From Octopus sinensis (taxonomy: Eukaryota), in NCBI RefSeq assembly GCF_006345805.1, contig NC_043018.1, positions 23,498,001-23,562,000 on the forward strand: a stretch of 64,000 nt of DNA. Direction: 5' to 3'. The translations under genes were made by a program, and so were the position numbers. Position 1 is the first letter of the stretch; each line of letters begins with the position of its first letter. The notes beneath the pieces were generated by a model. That model saw only the letters and a program-made list of their open reading frames with translations, ran no database searches and was not told the origin of the DNA. Below, one piece after another: positions 27,031 through 40,342 of the stretch.

Positions 27031-30000
27031 AAATGGAGGGGATCAAGAGGTGGTATTCATCAACTAAAGGGTTAAAGCAGATAAATTTTGGTCTACAGAA
27101 TTGGTTTCGAACTGTCTGTCATTCTATAACATGTTGTTCTTTATTGTAGGGCGTGATGTTGCTATTGCTGCACTTCTGGGGGCAGATGAAATCGGTTTCA
27201 GCACTGCACCCCTTATTGTTCTTGGGTGTACAATGATGCGAAAATGTCACCTAAACACCTGCCCTGTTGGAATTGCAACACAGGTAAATTTAGGGGTTTT
27301 TGTTACCTTGCTGTTTTTAACGTTTATGTATTTTTGTATTTTTATTGTTGGGTGTAAGTGGAGGCACTCATGGCTTCCACTTGCACCCAGGAACACACAT
27401 ACTGTACGAGTAGACACACATTCACGCGTGCACACACACACACACTCTCTCTCTTTCACTCCCCACCACTTTCATTCCACTCACAATTTTACAACTATAG
27501 GAATATAGAACCTAACACTAAAAGACAGACAGACAGACAGACTTGAAGCTGACTGGGAGTAGAGAGGGCTTTTTTTTTCTGTCATTGAAGAGATTATGAA
27601 TGGCTATGAAAAGACATTGACAAACAATTGATTGATTGATGGTTAAATAGTTAACAAATTAATGAATAGAAGTGAAACAACCAGTGTGTGTGTGTTTATT
27701 GGCATAATGACCTTCCCAAGATACTATAAAATCCATTTCTACACATGGATTCACATCAAGAAACTTGTAAGCCGAATACAAAAATTAAATACATATATAT
27801 ATATATTTACACGCACACATATTTATCTATGTATATAAACATGATTACATCAACAATGATGACTAATTCTTTACTCTTCTATATTCATATTCTCCAGGAT
27901 CCTGTGTTGCGGAAGAAATTTGCCGGTAAACCAGAACATGTCGTCAATTATGCATTCCATGTTGCTGAAGAGGTTTGTTTTATAATCACTTTTCACATTT
28001 TAACATTTTCTGGAAATTGTAGTTGTGATACCAGTACTGGTGGCACATAAAAGAACCATCCGAACATGGCTGTTGCCAGCGCTACCTTGACTGGCCTCCG
28101 TGCCGGTGGCACGTAAAAGAACCATCTGAACATGGCCGTTGCCAGCACTACCTTGACTGGCCTCCATGCCGGTGGCACGTAAAAAGCACCAACCAATCAT
28201 GGCCGTTGCCAGCCTCGCCTGGCACCTGCATTTTTCTCCTTGCCTTTTCAAATCAGACATTCCACACACACATTTACCCCTTTACCCATGTTTTTCCTGC
28301 TGACATGAACCCACAGATGTTCTTGTAGGTCCTTAATTACACCAGCCTCAACAGGATGTGAAACCCTGCTCTTTCCTCTCCTGCTTTATTTATGAAGTAA
28401 CTTTTTTAAAAATTGTTGACTTAAATCTGTTTAATTTCTAACACCATGAAACAATCAACATGAAGTCATTGCAGTGTCTCCTCTCTTTGAATAAATGCAT
28501 GAAACATAGTCTTCAGCAGTGTTGCAACAACAACTATACACACACACACACACGATCACAAAATCACACAAACACACTCATGCACAAAAACATACACAGG
28601 CACACACACATGAACAAATACACACACACAATTTACCTTGGTTGCGTTTATAACTATTTAGAAAAGTTCAAACAAATATTTTCCCCCTAATAAACCTTGT
28701 ATTTGAATTTATTTTTACAGGTGAGAGAGATCATGGCCAAACTAGGATTCCGAACATTCCAGGAGATGATTGGTCGTACAGACAAACTGATGTTGAAACC
28801 AAACCCCAGCAACCGTAAAGCTAACTTACTCAACTTTGATCTCATTTTTACAAATGCTCAAGCAATAAACCCTGATGCTAATATCATAGGAAGAACTGTT
28901 GATCAAAACTTTGATCTTGACAAACGTCTGGTGAGTATATTAGTATTTGAAATACCGTTTCAGATATACCATATCTTCTTCAAATCAAAAGACACTGTTA
29001 CCATCCAACATATGATGGTTTAATAATGTGGAGTACAAAATAACCCTCTAGATGCGTTTTACTGCCCCCCTCTGTCTTGAATGGTGGTTCTCAACCATTC
29101 TTTGCTTAGGGACCCTTTTGAGTCCTATTTTATTCTACTGGACCCCCATAGCCACTCAATGTTTAAAACAATTCCATAAAATGGAATTTTAAAAAATTCC
29201 ATTTTTATTATTAAATTTATTAGGAATTCTAAATTGTAGTTGTGATACCTGTGCCGGTGGCACGTAAAAAGCACCATCTGAATGTGGCCGATGCCAGTGC
29301 CACCTTGACTAGCTTCCATGCCAGTGGCATGTAAAAAGCACCAACCGATCATGGCTGTTGCCAGCCTCCCCTGCCAACTGTGCCAGTGGCATGTAAAAAG
29401 CATCCACTACACTCACGGAGTGGTTGGCATTAGGAAGGGCATCCAACTGTAGAAACACTGCCAGATCAGATTGGAGCCTGGTGCAGCCTCCTGGCTTCCC
29501 AGACCCCGGTCAAACCGTCCAACCCATGCTAGCATGGAAAATGGACGTTAAACGATGATGATGATTATTGTCTTCCGCTATAGCCCCGAGCCGACCGAAG
29601 CTTTGTGATTGAATTCGGCAGGTGGAAGTTACTGCCGTGTGTGTATATGTGCATGTAGGTGCTTGTGCCTCTCCGAAAGAGAGAGAGGGTATAAAAAAAC
29701 TGAAAATATTTTGTGTATTGTAGAAGAATAACTGATTTATTTCACATAAAATTTAGCAACAAAATTGTATATGGACCCCTAAGGGTTATGTGAACCCTAT
29801 TTAAAAATCACTGGTTTAGGATGTGCCAGTATGTCTGCTGCTGCTGTTGTTGTTGTTGTTTTGCTCCTCAGATGTCAGACTTTATGACACAAAGGTAGGT
29901 GCTGTAATGCACAGATTCTCCCTCTGACTGATTCATTAATTTAACGTGTCTTCTCCCTCCGAGCACCACTTTAAGGCAAGTGTTATCTCCCCACTGAGTG

Positions 30001-33000
30001 ACTCTTCAGCCTATCACGTGTGTTCTCTCTTTCAAGTCCCTGCATGGGGTTGAACTTAGAATCCGAGGGTTAGTATCCTGTGCTCTTATCCACTACGCTA
30101 TAATGCCAGTGGGAAATTACAGAGTGGATTTTAGGGCTTATAAACATATGTATATCTATTTATGCTACTGTCTTGGTTGTTTAGTTGTATATTTAGTCAC
30201 TAGGTTACAATGTTTGCTCAAAGTTACTCTTCAATTGCTATGTTACAACATTTCCTTAGAAGCAGGCCCAAGTGGGGAGCCTGAGGGGCACATGCCCCTT
30301 CCCCTGAAAAGAAGAGCACCCTTCTAAATAATGTTATTACGCTCTTTTTCCCCTGGAATTGTATTTCCTTCTGAACCTTGTGCCCTTCCTTTGAAAAATT
30401 CCTGGGATTGTGCCTATTTCATCACTATTAATTCACTATGCTATAATATTTAGTTCCTGTTACAACACTTAATCACTATGTTACAATGTTTATTTGCTAC
30501 ATTACCATATTTAATTGCTGTGTTACAATGTATCGTCATTATGAGACAATGTTACACTGTTTAGTTACTGCATTACAATGTTTAATTACTTCGTTACAAG
30601 GTGCAGTCTCTAAGTTACAAGATTCAGTCACTATGTTACAATGTTCTGTCATTAGCTTATATTTAGTCACTATACCAGTATTTCTCAACTGGGGTTCCCT
30701 GGAATCCTAGGGTTCCACAAAAGGTTCCTAGGGGTTCCATGAGAAACACTAAGATAAGCTAATACTAATTTTATTGTCGTAATATTACTATACATGCACA
30801 CCATATTATTGGTTCATTATTTACAATGGATAGATAGGTATCCTCACCTTGTTTGTTGTTACCACAACATTTCGGCTGATGTACTCTCCAGCCGTTATCA
30901 GGTATTCTGGTGGAATTTCAAACCCAACCCTTTATTTGACTAATGAAGTACACTGTTTTCATTCTTTAGGTATGTTACTGACAATAGTTTTCTGTTGATA
31001 TTATTTTTCAAGTCCCTGCGTGGAGTTGAACTTAGAATCCGAGGGTTAGTATCCTGTGCTCTTATCCACTACACTATATGCTTGTGAGAAATTATAGAAT
31101 GAATTTTAAGGCTTATAAACCTAGTATTTTATCTTTACTTAATACTGGTTCAATCCCAGGCAGGGATTTGAAGAATAATATCAATAGAAAAATAACATCA
31201 ACAACATACCTTAAAAATGAGAACAGTGTACCCCAATAGTCAAATAAAGGGCTGGGTAGTGTAATTTATTTTAAGGGTTACACAGGGGTAAAAAAGGTTG
31301 AGAAACACTGCCCTATACAACAGTGTTTAATGGCCATATTACAATGTTAGTCACTGTGTTTACGATATCGCATTGTCAAAGAGAGTTTGGAATTATTTCC
31401 ATAAGTTTCAGTAAATATTTCTAATTATTTCCTTGAAGGACAACATTTTGATTATGAAAGCAAAAGATGTGATCGAAGGTCGTGCCAAGAAGAAAATCAT
31501 CGATATGCAGATCACAAATGAGGACCGAGCATTTGCTTCTACCCTTAGTTATCATATCTCAAGGTAAGAATGGTGATTCTACTGTCAACATTTATATTTC
31601 AAGATTAGAATGGTTCTTACTTCTTTAACACCCGGGTCTATTTTCTGAGCTGCACTGGATTAACCATTAAGCAAAATAAGCACATGCTTAGGACATCAAG
31701 GGGGAAGGAGGGGGCAGCACAGAAACGGTAAATGGTTTACGGCACAAAAGAAATCACTTTAAGCTTGCTAAAATAATATTTGGGATACCTTTATCTCTAC
31801 TAAGTATAGATGCAGATGTGTTACCAAAGATTAATTTTGAGGATCTGATCAAAGACTTTGCAATTCAAAAAAGTAGGAGGAAATTTTTCAAATATAAATA
31901 AAGTAGAAGTATGCAAAAATAAACATTATTTTCACTCTTACTGTTTTGTTTCATTTCAAAAAAATAAAAATATATTTTATGGTTTGTTATTGTTTATATT
32001 TTGAATTACATAATCTTTTATGGGGGCACCAAAATCTTTTAAGTGCTCAGGGCCTCAATGGGGCTTAATCCAGCCCTGCTTCTGAGTCTAGTTTTAGCTG
32101 TCAGATCTTAACCCTTTTGATACCAACCTGCCAGCATGGAAGAGGTAGACATTAAATGGTGGTGGAGGTGGTGGTGGCAGCGGCGGCGCCGGTGGGGGTT
32201 GGGGTGGGGTAGGCATTAAAGATATTGATAGTGGTGGTGGGGCTGGAATATGCGGTGGTCTTAATAATATTTTAAAAAAAAAAAAAATTAGTTCTTGTTT
32301 ATTTACAAAAAGTCTGCAAAATGGAAGAAATTATTTTGTTGTGAAGGAAAAGTGTATTTCCTACATGCTTTCTGTTAGTCTTACCTGCCCAAAATGTTAG
32401 TCTTTAGTTATTTATTTATTTATTTTTGCCTCACACCTAAATAATAAATTCCAATTTTGACAATATTTCGATATTATTTTCTGCCACAGATCAATATTGG
32501 TTTCTCCTGTTTCACTCTTGCTCATTTAGTCTTGAATTCTTCTTATATTTTATCGGTTGCTGACACTGTTGATGATGATGATGATGATGGTAATGATTAT
32601 GATGATGATGTGGTGGTACTGTTGATGGTTATGATGATGATAATGGTGTTGACAATGTTGTTGTTGATGATGATGATGGTGACAATGTCACAGGAAATAT
32701 GTTGAGATTGGTCTTCCTGAGAACAGTATTGTTATCCAACTCAGAGGCTCCGGTGGACAGAGCATGGGTGCTTTTCTGGCCCGTGGTGTACATATTTACC
32801 TGGAAGGAGATGCAAACGACTATGTTGGAAAGGTGAGTTCTACTCGTTTTTAACCCCACTCCCCTCCACCTCCAGAATTGCTGGCTATGTGCCAATATCT
32901 GAAACCATTATTAAATTTTTTCATAATTTGCCACAGGGGATTCGTAAAGGAGAACATTACATGACAGGTTACAATTTGAGTAACGACTTACATAAAGTCA

Positions 33001-33270
33001 GGTGAGGAGTATAAATAGGAATAATAATAAAAATCAAAATAATAATAATAATAATAATAATTTCTATGTAATCTCAAGGTTTAAAACAAACAAACATAAT
33101 TTTCGTTTTTTTTTTTTAGACATTCACTAGTACAACACCAAAAAAAAAACCAACAAATATATGGCACACTAGGCATAACAACAACATGAACTTCCAACCT
33201 GTTGTCTCTTGAGGTCTCTGGGTGAGACTTGGAGCCAACTTGTACAAATATAAAGCAAAAGTCAAACATA

Positions 33271-33316
<46 letters not shown>

Positions 33317-35811
33317 CCTTTTTACTCCTATTCACACTAAATATGTACCTCTATTTAAATGTACCCCTATTTACACTATATATGTATCCCTATTTATGCT
33401 ATACATGTACCGCTATTTACACCTTACATGTACCCTTATTTACAGTGTTTGTCAGGAGGTGAAATTGTTATCTACCCACCACTTAGTAGCCCTCCAGAGT
33501 TCAAATCAGAGGATAATATTATTGCTGGAAATGTGGTCCTTTATGGGGCATCATCAGGCAAAGCCTTCTTCCGAGGTCAAGCAGCCGAGCGATTCTGTGT
33601 CCGTAACTCAGGTGCTGTAGCAGTCAGCGAGGTAAGTTGGGTGGTTTTTTTTTTGTCTTTCATCTGTTCTGAACTTTTGCTCTTCTTCCTCTCTCTCTCT
33701 CTCCTCCCCCTCTCTTTCTCTCTCACACACACATACATATACTCTCCATCTTCCTCACTCACTGTTACACTATTTGTTTCTTCACACACACACATACCTC
33801 CCTCTGTCTGTCTCTTTCTTTATCACTCTTTATCTCTCTCTCACATCTCTCTTTCCCTTTATCACACCCTCTCTTTCCTCTCACTCTCTCTCTTTCTCTA
33901 CATTCTTTTCTTCTTCACACACTGTCTCTCTCACCTCTCACTCTTGATGGCAAAGAAAAATTAAGGTGTGATGATTGTGATGATGAGAGCAATAACAATA
34001 ATGATCTCGACAGCATCCTGTAAACCCTTTGCCCCGAAGGAGTTTACTCAGATCTCAGTAACACTCTGTGAAGAGTACGGAAGGGTTCCATATCAACATC
34101 TGACATATGAGAAGCTTTGAATATTGCAACGAAGGCCAAAGCTAATGAAGCACCCATCTTTATACAGTATTCTAACACTCCACTTCCACGTGGTATCCAT
34201 TTACAGATAAGGGGACTGGATCTTCAAAAACAAATTGTCTTTTCCCCAGTATTACAACACAATGCCAATGATGGACAAATGTAGCCATCCTGACCACTTG
34301 CCTCATGTCTAGTCCTCAGACGGTTGTGATATGAAAGAAAGAGAAAAGAAAAGACTAAATGTGTATTGTCTGTTGTACTAAAACTGCATCATTTAATGTC
34401 TGTTTCCCATGTAGAAACATGGATTCGGTGAGCTGCAGGACTGCATCATGCATCAATGTCAGCTTTGGCATGATTTCTAGAGTTGGATGCCCTTTGTTAC
34501 GTAGAGCACTTTGCAGTGTGTACTGGGTGTTTGGCATTTGTGAGGCTGCCAAGTGCTTTGCAAGAGAGGAAGAGAAAAGGGTAAAGAAAAATATCCCCTT
34601 GACTAAGTGGTGGTGGTGGTAGAGTGGTATTTGAAAGGAGAAGATGACTTCAAGCTGGGGGTTGAGAAGTGAAGACAAGCATTGGTGGCAGACAGACAAG
34701 CATGGGTGACAGACAGACAAGCATGGGTGACAGTCAGATAAGCGTAGTTGACAGACAGATAAGCGTAGTTGACAGACAATCATAGTTGACAAACAATCAT
34801 AGTTGACAGACAATCATAGTTGACAGACAGATAAGCGTAGTTGACAGACAATCATAGTTGACAGACAGATAAGCGTAGTTGACAGACAGACAAGCATGGG
34901 TGACAGACAATTATATTTGACAGACAGACAAGCATGAGTGACAGACAGACAAGCGTAGTTGGCAGACAATTATATTTGACAGACAGACAAGCATAGGTGA
35001 CTGACAGACAAGTATAGTTGACAGATAGACAAACATGGGTGACAGGCAGACAAGTATACTTGGCAGACAGACAAGTATAGTTGACAGGCAGACAAGTGTA
35101 TTTGACAGACAGACACGCATATGTGATTTGTTATAGAGGAGACACATGGCTACTTTGTATTATATAAGGGTGGGTAGGAGTGGATGGGAAGAACATAAAG
35201 ATGGTAATGATGGGATGCCAGAGTGTACTCACAAAGTACAAGAAGATGAGCTTATGAGAGAATATGGGACAATGGTATCAGGCATGTTTAGAGACTCCAA
35301 ATTATTTTTAGAGCTGTGTGATGACTGCTGTTGTGAATATATAACCTTTTGCTGATATTCTTTCAGGGTTGCGGAGATCATGGCTGTGAATATATGACCG
35401 GTGGGAAGGTTCTGATCTTAGGCTTGACTGGTCGCAATTTTGCTGCTGGTATGTCTGGTGGCTTAGCCTACGTCTATGACAAGTAAGTTCAATTTTCAAA
35501 TATCTGAAAAGGCTTTTCTTCTTACATTTTTTAATGTATGCTTTATTTTGATGATTATGTGGGTTTGATGGATGAATAAATTTTAATAGGTACTGACATG
35601 GCTTTGTGGCAAAGAAGTTCGCTTCCCAACCAGTTTCAGGTTCAGTTAAATTGCTTTCACTAATACAAGAGCTTCAGGAAATAGCAGAAGCTAATAAATC
35701 TGTGCAACCCCTTGGACACGAGTGTCTTCTGCAACACATCTGGGCTAGCCAAAGCTTTGTGGGTCAGTTTGATAGATGGAAACTGAAAGAAGCCCATCGT
35801 ATGTATGTATG

Positions 35812-35853
<42 letters not shown>

Positions 35854-36526
35854 GGAGTAAACACAAATGTGAAACAAGGTGGAAAAAAGAGTACTCAAAT
35901 ACCAGGGGTAGAGTAATATGCTTTATTTAAAAGCAGCAGAAATTCAACAAAACCTGTTACTCTGAGTTTCACATTCCCGTTCGTCGGACAGTTTTTGTTA
36001 GAAAAAAAAACTGTCCGACGAACGGGAACGTGAAACTCAGAGTAACAGGTTTTGTTGAATTTCTGCTGCTTTTAAATAAAGTATATATATATGTATGTGT
36101 GTGTGTGTGTGTGTGTAGAGCGATAGAGAGAGGTGGGGATTAGAGACAGGTATTCTCTGTATAGAATACACTTCATAGTGCTGAAGAGATTTGAACTTGA
36201 GCAGGTAAAGGACTAAATGTAAGGATGAGCAAGTTAGCCAAGTCAATATACAAAAAATATTGAATATATTTAATACAAAAAATGTACGTGTATACATATA
36301 AAAAAAGTCTGACTTACACAGAGTAAAGGGATTGAATAATAGTTTTGCAAGTCCAACAGCTGTTTCTGGGACCTTGATGGGTCAAAATAAGGATTGTAAC
36401 TAGAAACTCATAAAATTATAACTCCTTTATTCTGTGTAAGTCAGATGTTTTTATATGTATTAAATGTATTTAATATTTTTTTGCATATCAACTTGCCTAA
36501 CTTGCTTGTCCTTACATTTATTTACT

Positions 36527-36572
<46 letters not shown>

Positions 36573-39500
36573 ATATACTTTTCTACTCTAGGCAAAAGGC
36601 CAGAAATTTGGTGGGAGAGGGCCAGTCGATTAGATTGATTCCAGTATGCAACTGGTACTTAATTTATCGACCCCGAAAGGATCAAAGGCAAAGTCAACCT
36701 CAGCAGAATTTGAACTCAGAATATAAAGACAGACTAAATACCTGGCATGCTAATGCTTCTGCCAGCTCTCCACCTTTATAGATATATATAGATAGATATA
36801 TATTGTGTTAATATGCATTTTCGGATATATTAATTTGGCTGATATTTTCTGTATCTAAATATGCAAATACAGCAGAACAATTATTGGTATTGTATGGTGG
36901 AATCACCAATCAAAGGTGTGGTTCTCTCTATCCATATTTTTGGTGTCTTATACTCTGAAGTTCTTGAAATTCTTCTAAATGATATTTGGATCTACTTGCG
37001 ATAAACGAGGAATTACCTTGGATGTGTATTCTTCTTGCATTTATTGATATCTACCTGCATTTTTTAATCAGGCGCAGGAGTGGCTGTGTGCTAAGTAGCT
37101 TGCTTACGAACCACATGGTTCCGGGTTCAGTCCCACTGCGTGGCACCTTGGGCAAGTGTCTTCTACTATAGCCTCGGGCCGACCATAGCCTTGTGAGTGG
37201 ATTTGGTAGACGGAAACTGAAAGAAGCCTGTCATATATATATATATAAACTCTGCTTGTGAAGACCCATTGAGGCAAGTGAGGATCAGAATCGAAATCGA
37301 TCAATGGAAATCGATCATGGAAATTGCAGATGTGTTACCAGTGCCGGTGGCATGTAAGAGAACTTTCCGTTTCGCGACCGTTGCCAGCACCGCCCGTTTC
37401 ATGTCCATTGCCAGCCTCGCCTGGCCCTCGTGCCGGTGGCACATAAAAAGCACCATCCGTTCGTGGCCGTTTGCCAGCTCTGTCTGGCACCAGTGCGGGT
37501 GGCACGTAAAAAGCACCCACTACACTCACGGAGTGGTTGGCGTTAGGAAGGTAGAAACACTGCCAGATTTGACTGGGCCTGATGAAGCCTTCTGGCTTCA
37601 CAGACCCCAGTAGAACCGTCCAACCCATGCTAGCATGGAAAACGGACGCTAAATGATGATGATGATGATGATGATATATGTGTGTGTGCCTGTGTTTGTC
37701 CCCCCAGCATCGCTTGACAACCGATGCTGGTGTGTTTACGTCCTCGTAACTTAGTGGTTCGGCAAAAGAGACCGATAGAATAAGTACTAGGCTTACAAAG
37801 AATAAGTCCTGGGGGTCGATTTCCTCGACCTAAAGACGGTGCTCCAGCATGGCCGCAGTCAAATGACTGAAACAAGTAAAAGAGTATAAGCTTATGTGTG
37901 TGTGTGTTCATGTTCTCTTGTCTTGACATCACCCCACTAATTGTAAATGAACATCACCGTTATACAAGTGGTGTTGTTTGTTTGCAATATTCCGTGAAAG
38001 CATGTTCCTGTTCAAAGAGCTGCTGTTATCTCCCATGTTCATCTTCTGCTGCAGGAGGCACCAGAAGTGTTGTGAGATCATTGACACAATACACTCTTGA
38101 CTGGTGGCATTATGTGGAAAACTACTACATTGGTGGTGTTGGTGGTGGTGGTGGTGGTAGTAGATGTAATTGAGTTTCAGTGATGGATGGTTGGAATGAG
38201 AAGAATGGGTGCAGCTATTTCACTGTTAACAATTTGGCATGGTTGGCTAGACATTCAGATTGCTTTAGCACTGGTAGCACGTGCACACACACACACAAAC
38301 ACAAAACACATGCACACAACACATGCACACATATATTCATATAAAAAAGGCGGCGAGCTGGCAGAAACGTTAGCACACCGGGCGAAATGCTTAGCGGTAT
38401 TTCGTCTGCCGTTACGTTCCGAGTTCAAATTCCACCGAGGTCGACTTTGCCTTTCATCCTTTCGGGGTCGATTAAATAAGTACCAGTTACGCACTGGGGT
38501 CGATGTAATCGACTTAATCCGTTTGTCTGTCCTTGTTTATCCCCTCTGTGTTTAGCCCCTTGTGGGTAGTAAAGAAATATATTCATATACACATACAGAG
38601 AGGGAGAGAGAGAGAGAGACATTACAGTTTAATAATTGAATATGAGTGACATGAACACGTTCTCTCGCCTCGTTCATATACGTAAAGAGAAATATGCATA
38701 TATACACATAAATAAAGAGAGAGAAAGAAACAGAGAGGATGAGGGTGAGAGAAATAGACAGAGGGGGAGAAAGATAGAGAGAGAGAGAACAAGAGAAAGA
38801 CTGAAATATGTGACATCAAATAGGTGGTACTGAAATGTCTTATACCTCATTATCATTGTTTAACGTCCGCCTTCCATGCAGGTATAGGTTGGACGGTTTG
38901 ACAGGAACTGGCCAGGCGAGCTGGCAGAATCGTTAGCACGCCAGGCGAAATGCTTAGCGGTATTTCGTCTGCCATTACGTTGTGAGTTCAAATTCCGCCG
39001 AGGTCGACTTTGCCCTTCATCCTTTCAGGGTCGATTAAATAAGTACCAGTTACGCAGTGGGGTCGATATAATCGACTTAATCCATTTGTCTGTCCTTGTT
39101 TGTCCCCTCTGTGTTTAGCCCCTTGTGGATCGTAAAGAAATAGGAACTGGCCATGCAGGAGCATGCTCCATGCTTCTCTGTCTGTTTTGGCATGGTTTTA
39201 CGATCGGATGCCCTTCCTAACACCAACCACTCCATAGAATGGCCTCAGTGCTTTTTACTCGCACAGACACGGTCAGTTTTTGGCATGATTTTTTTTCCAA
39301 ATGCCAACCACTTTACAGGGTGGACTGGGCACCAGAAACTTTAGCGATGACCATGATGAGAATAGTGATGATAAAGGTAGTGAACGAAAAGGTGATGTTG
39401 GTAATGATGGTGATAGTGACAGTAAAATTTATCTCATTCAACATAATTCAATTTCAAAGCATCCTGTTTCTTCTTTCTTTCTGTTTCTTTCAGAATGAAG

Positions 39501-40279
39501 ATGTTCCACCAAAGATGCAATGTTGATTCCGTATCATTGGAATCACTTGTCGAACCTGAGGACCTGAATTTCGTCTTTGACCTCCTCTGTGAATTCCAAA
39601 TTAAAACCGGGTCAGAAGTTGCTACAGACATCATAAATCACTGGGCAACAGAACAGCATGAGTTTGTGAAAGTCTACCCCCACGAGTATCGCCGATGCCT
39701 GGAGAAACAAGCGGCCGATGCCAGAAAGATGGCCGCTAAATTTGCTGCTGCTGTCGAAGCAGAATTGAGTACAATTGTGTCTGCGGAGAATTCTGCAACT
39801 GCAACAAGCAGCAATGAAACTGAAAATGCCAGCAACGGTACACTTACGAGGGATAGTTTGTTGAAACCAATCACTGATCCGGACAAGTCACTGATCAACA
39901 GTGGAATTCGAACTCCTGTAACACCAATTCCCAGTGATTTCAAAGAAGACATGATTAATGAGCTTACTGATGATGGTGGATTAGATAAAGTAAGTACTGC
40001 AGCAGTGAATGGCTTAGTTGTTACAGGAATGGTATTATTGTTGTTTTCCATTAGTGTCTCGTCAAACTGTCCACTACACGCCTGCATGGAACATGGACAT
40101 TGAATGACAATGATTATATATATATATATATAGGCTGTGTGGTAAGTAGGTTGCTTACCAATCACATGGTTCCGGTTTCAGTCCCACTGCGTGGCATCTT
40201 GAACAAGTGTGTTCTGCTATAATCTTGGGCTGACCAAAGCCTAGTGAGTGGATTTGGTAGACAGAAACTGAAAGAAGCC

Positions 40280-40342
<63 letters not shown>

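Noticed and set aside
34270-34325. CTGAGGA...GCAAGTGGTC on the minus strand as another hammerhead
   Set aside because: GAAA is broken and stems I and III do not pair convincingly.
39674-40165. 163-aa antisense ORF, and + strand ORFs 55670-56182 and 56775-57473 over the retroelement
   Set aside because: Shadow ORFs opposite real coding sequence.
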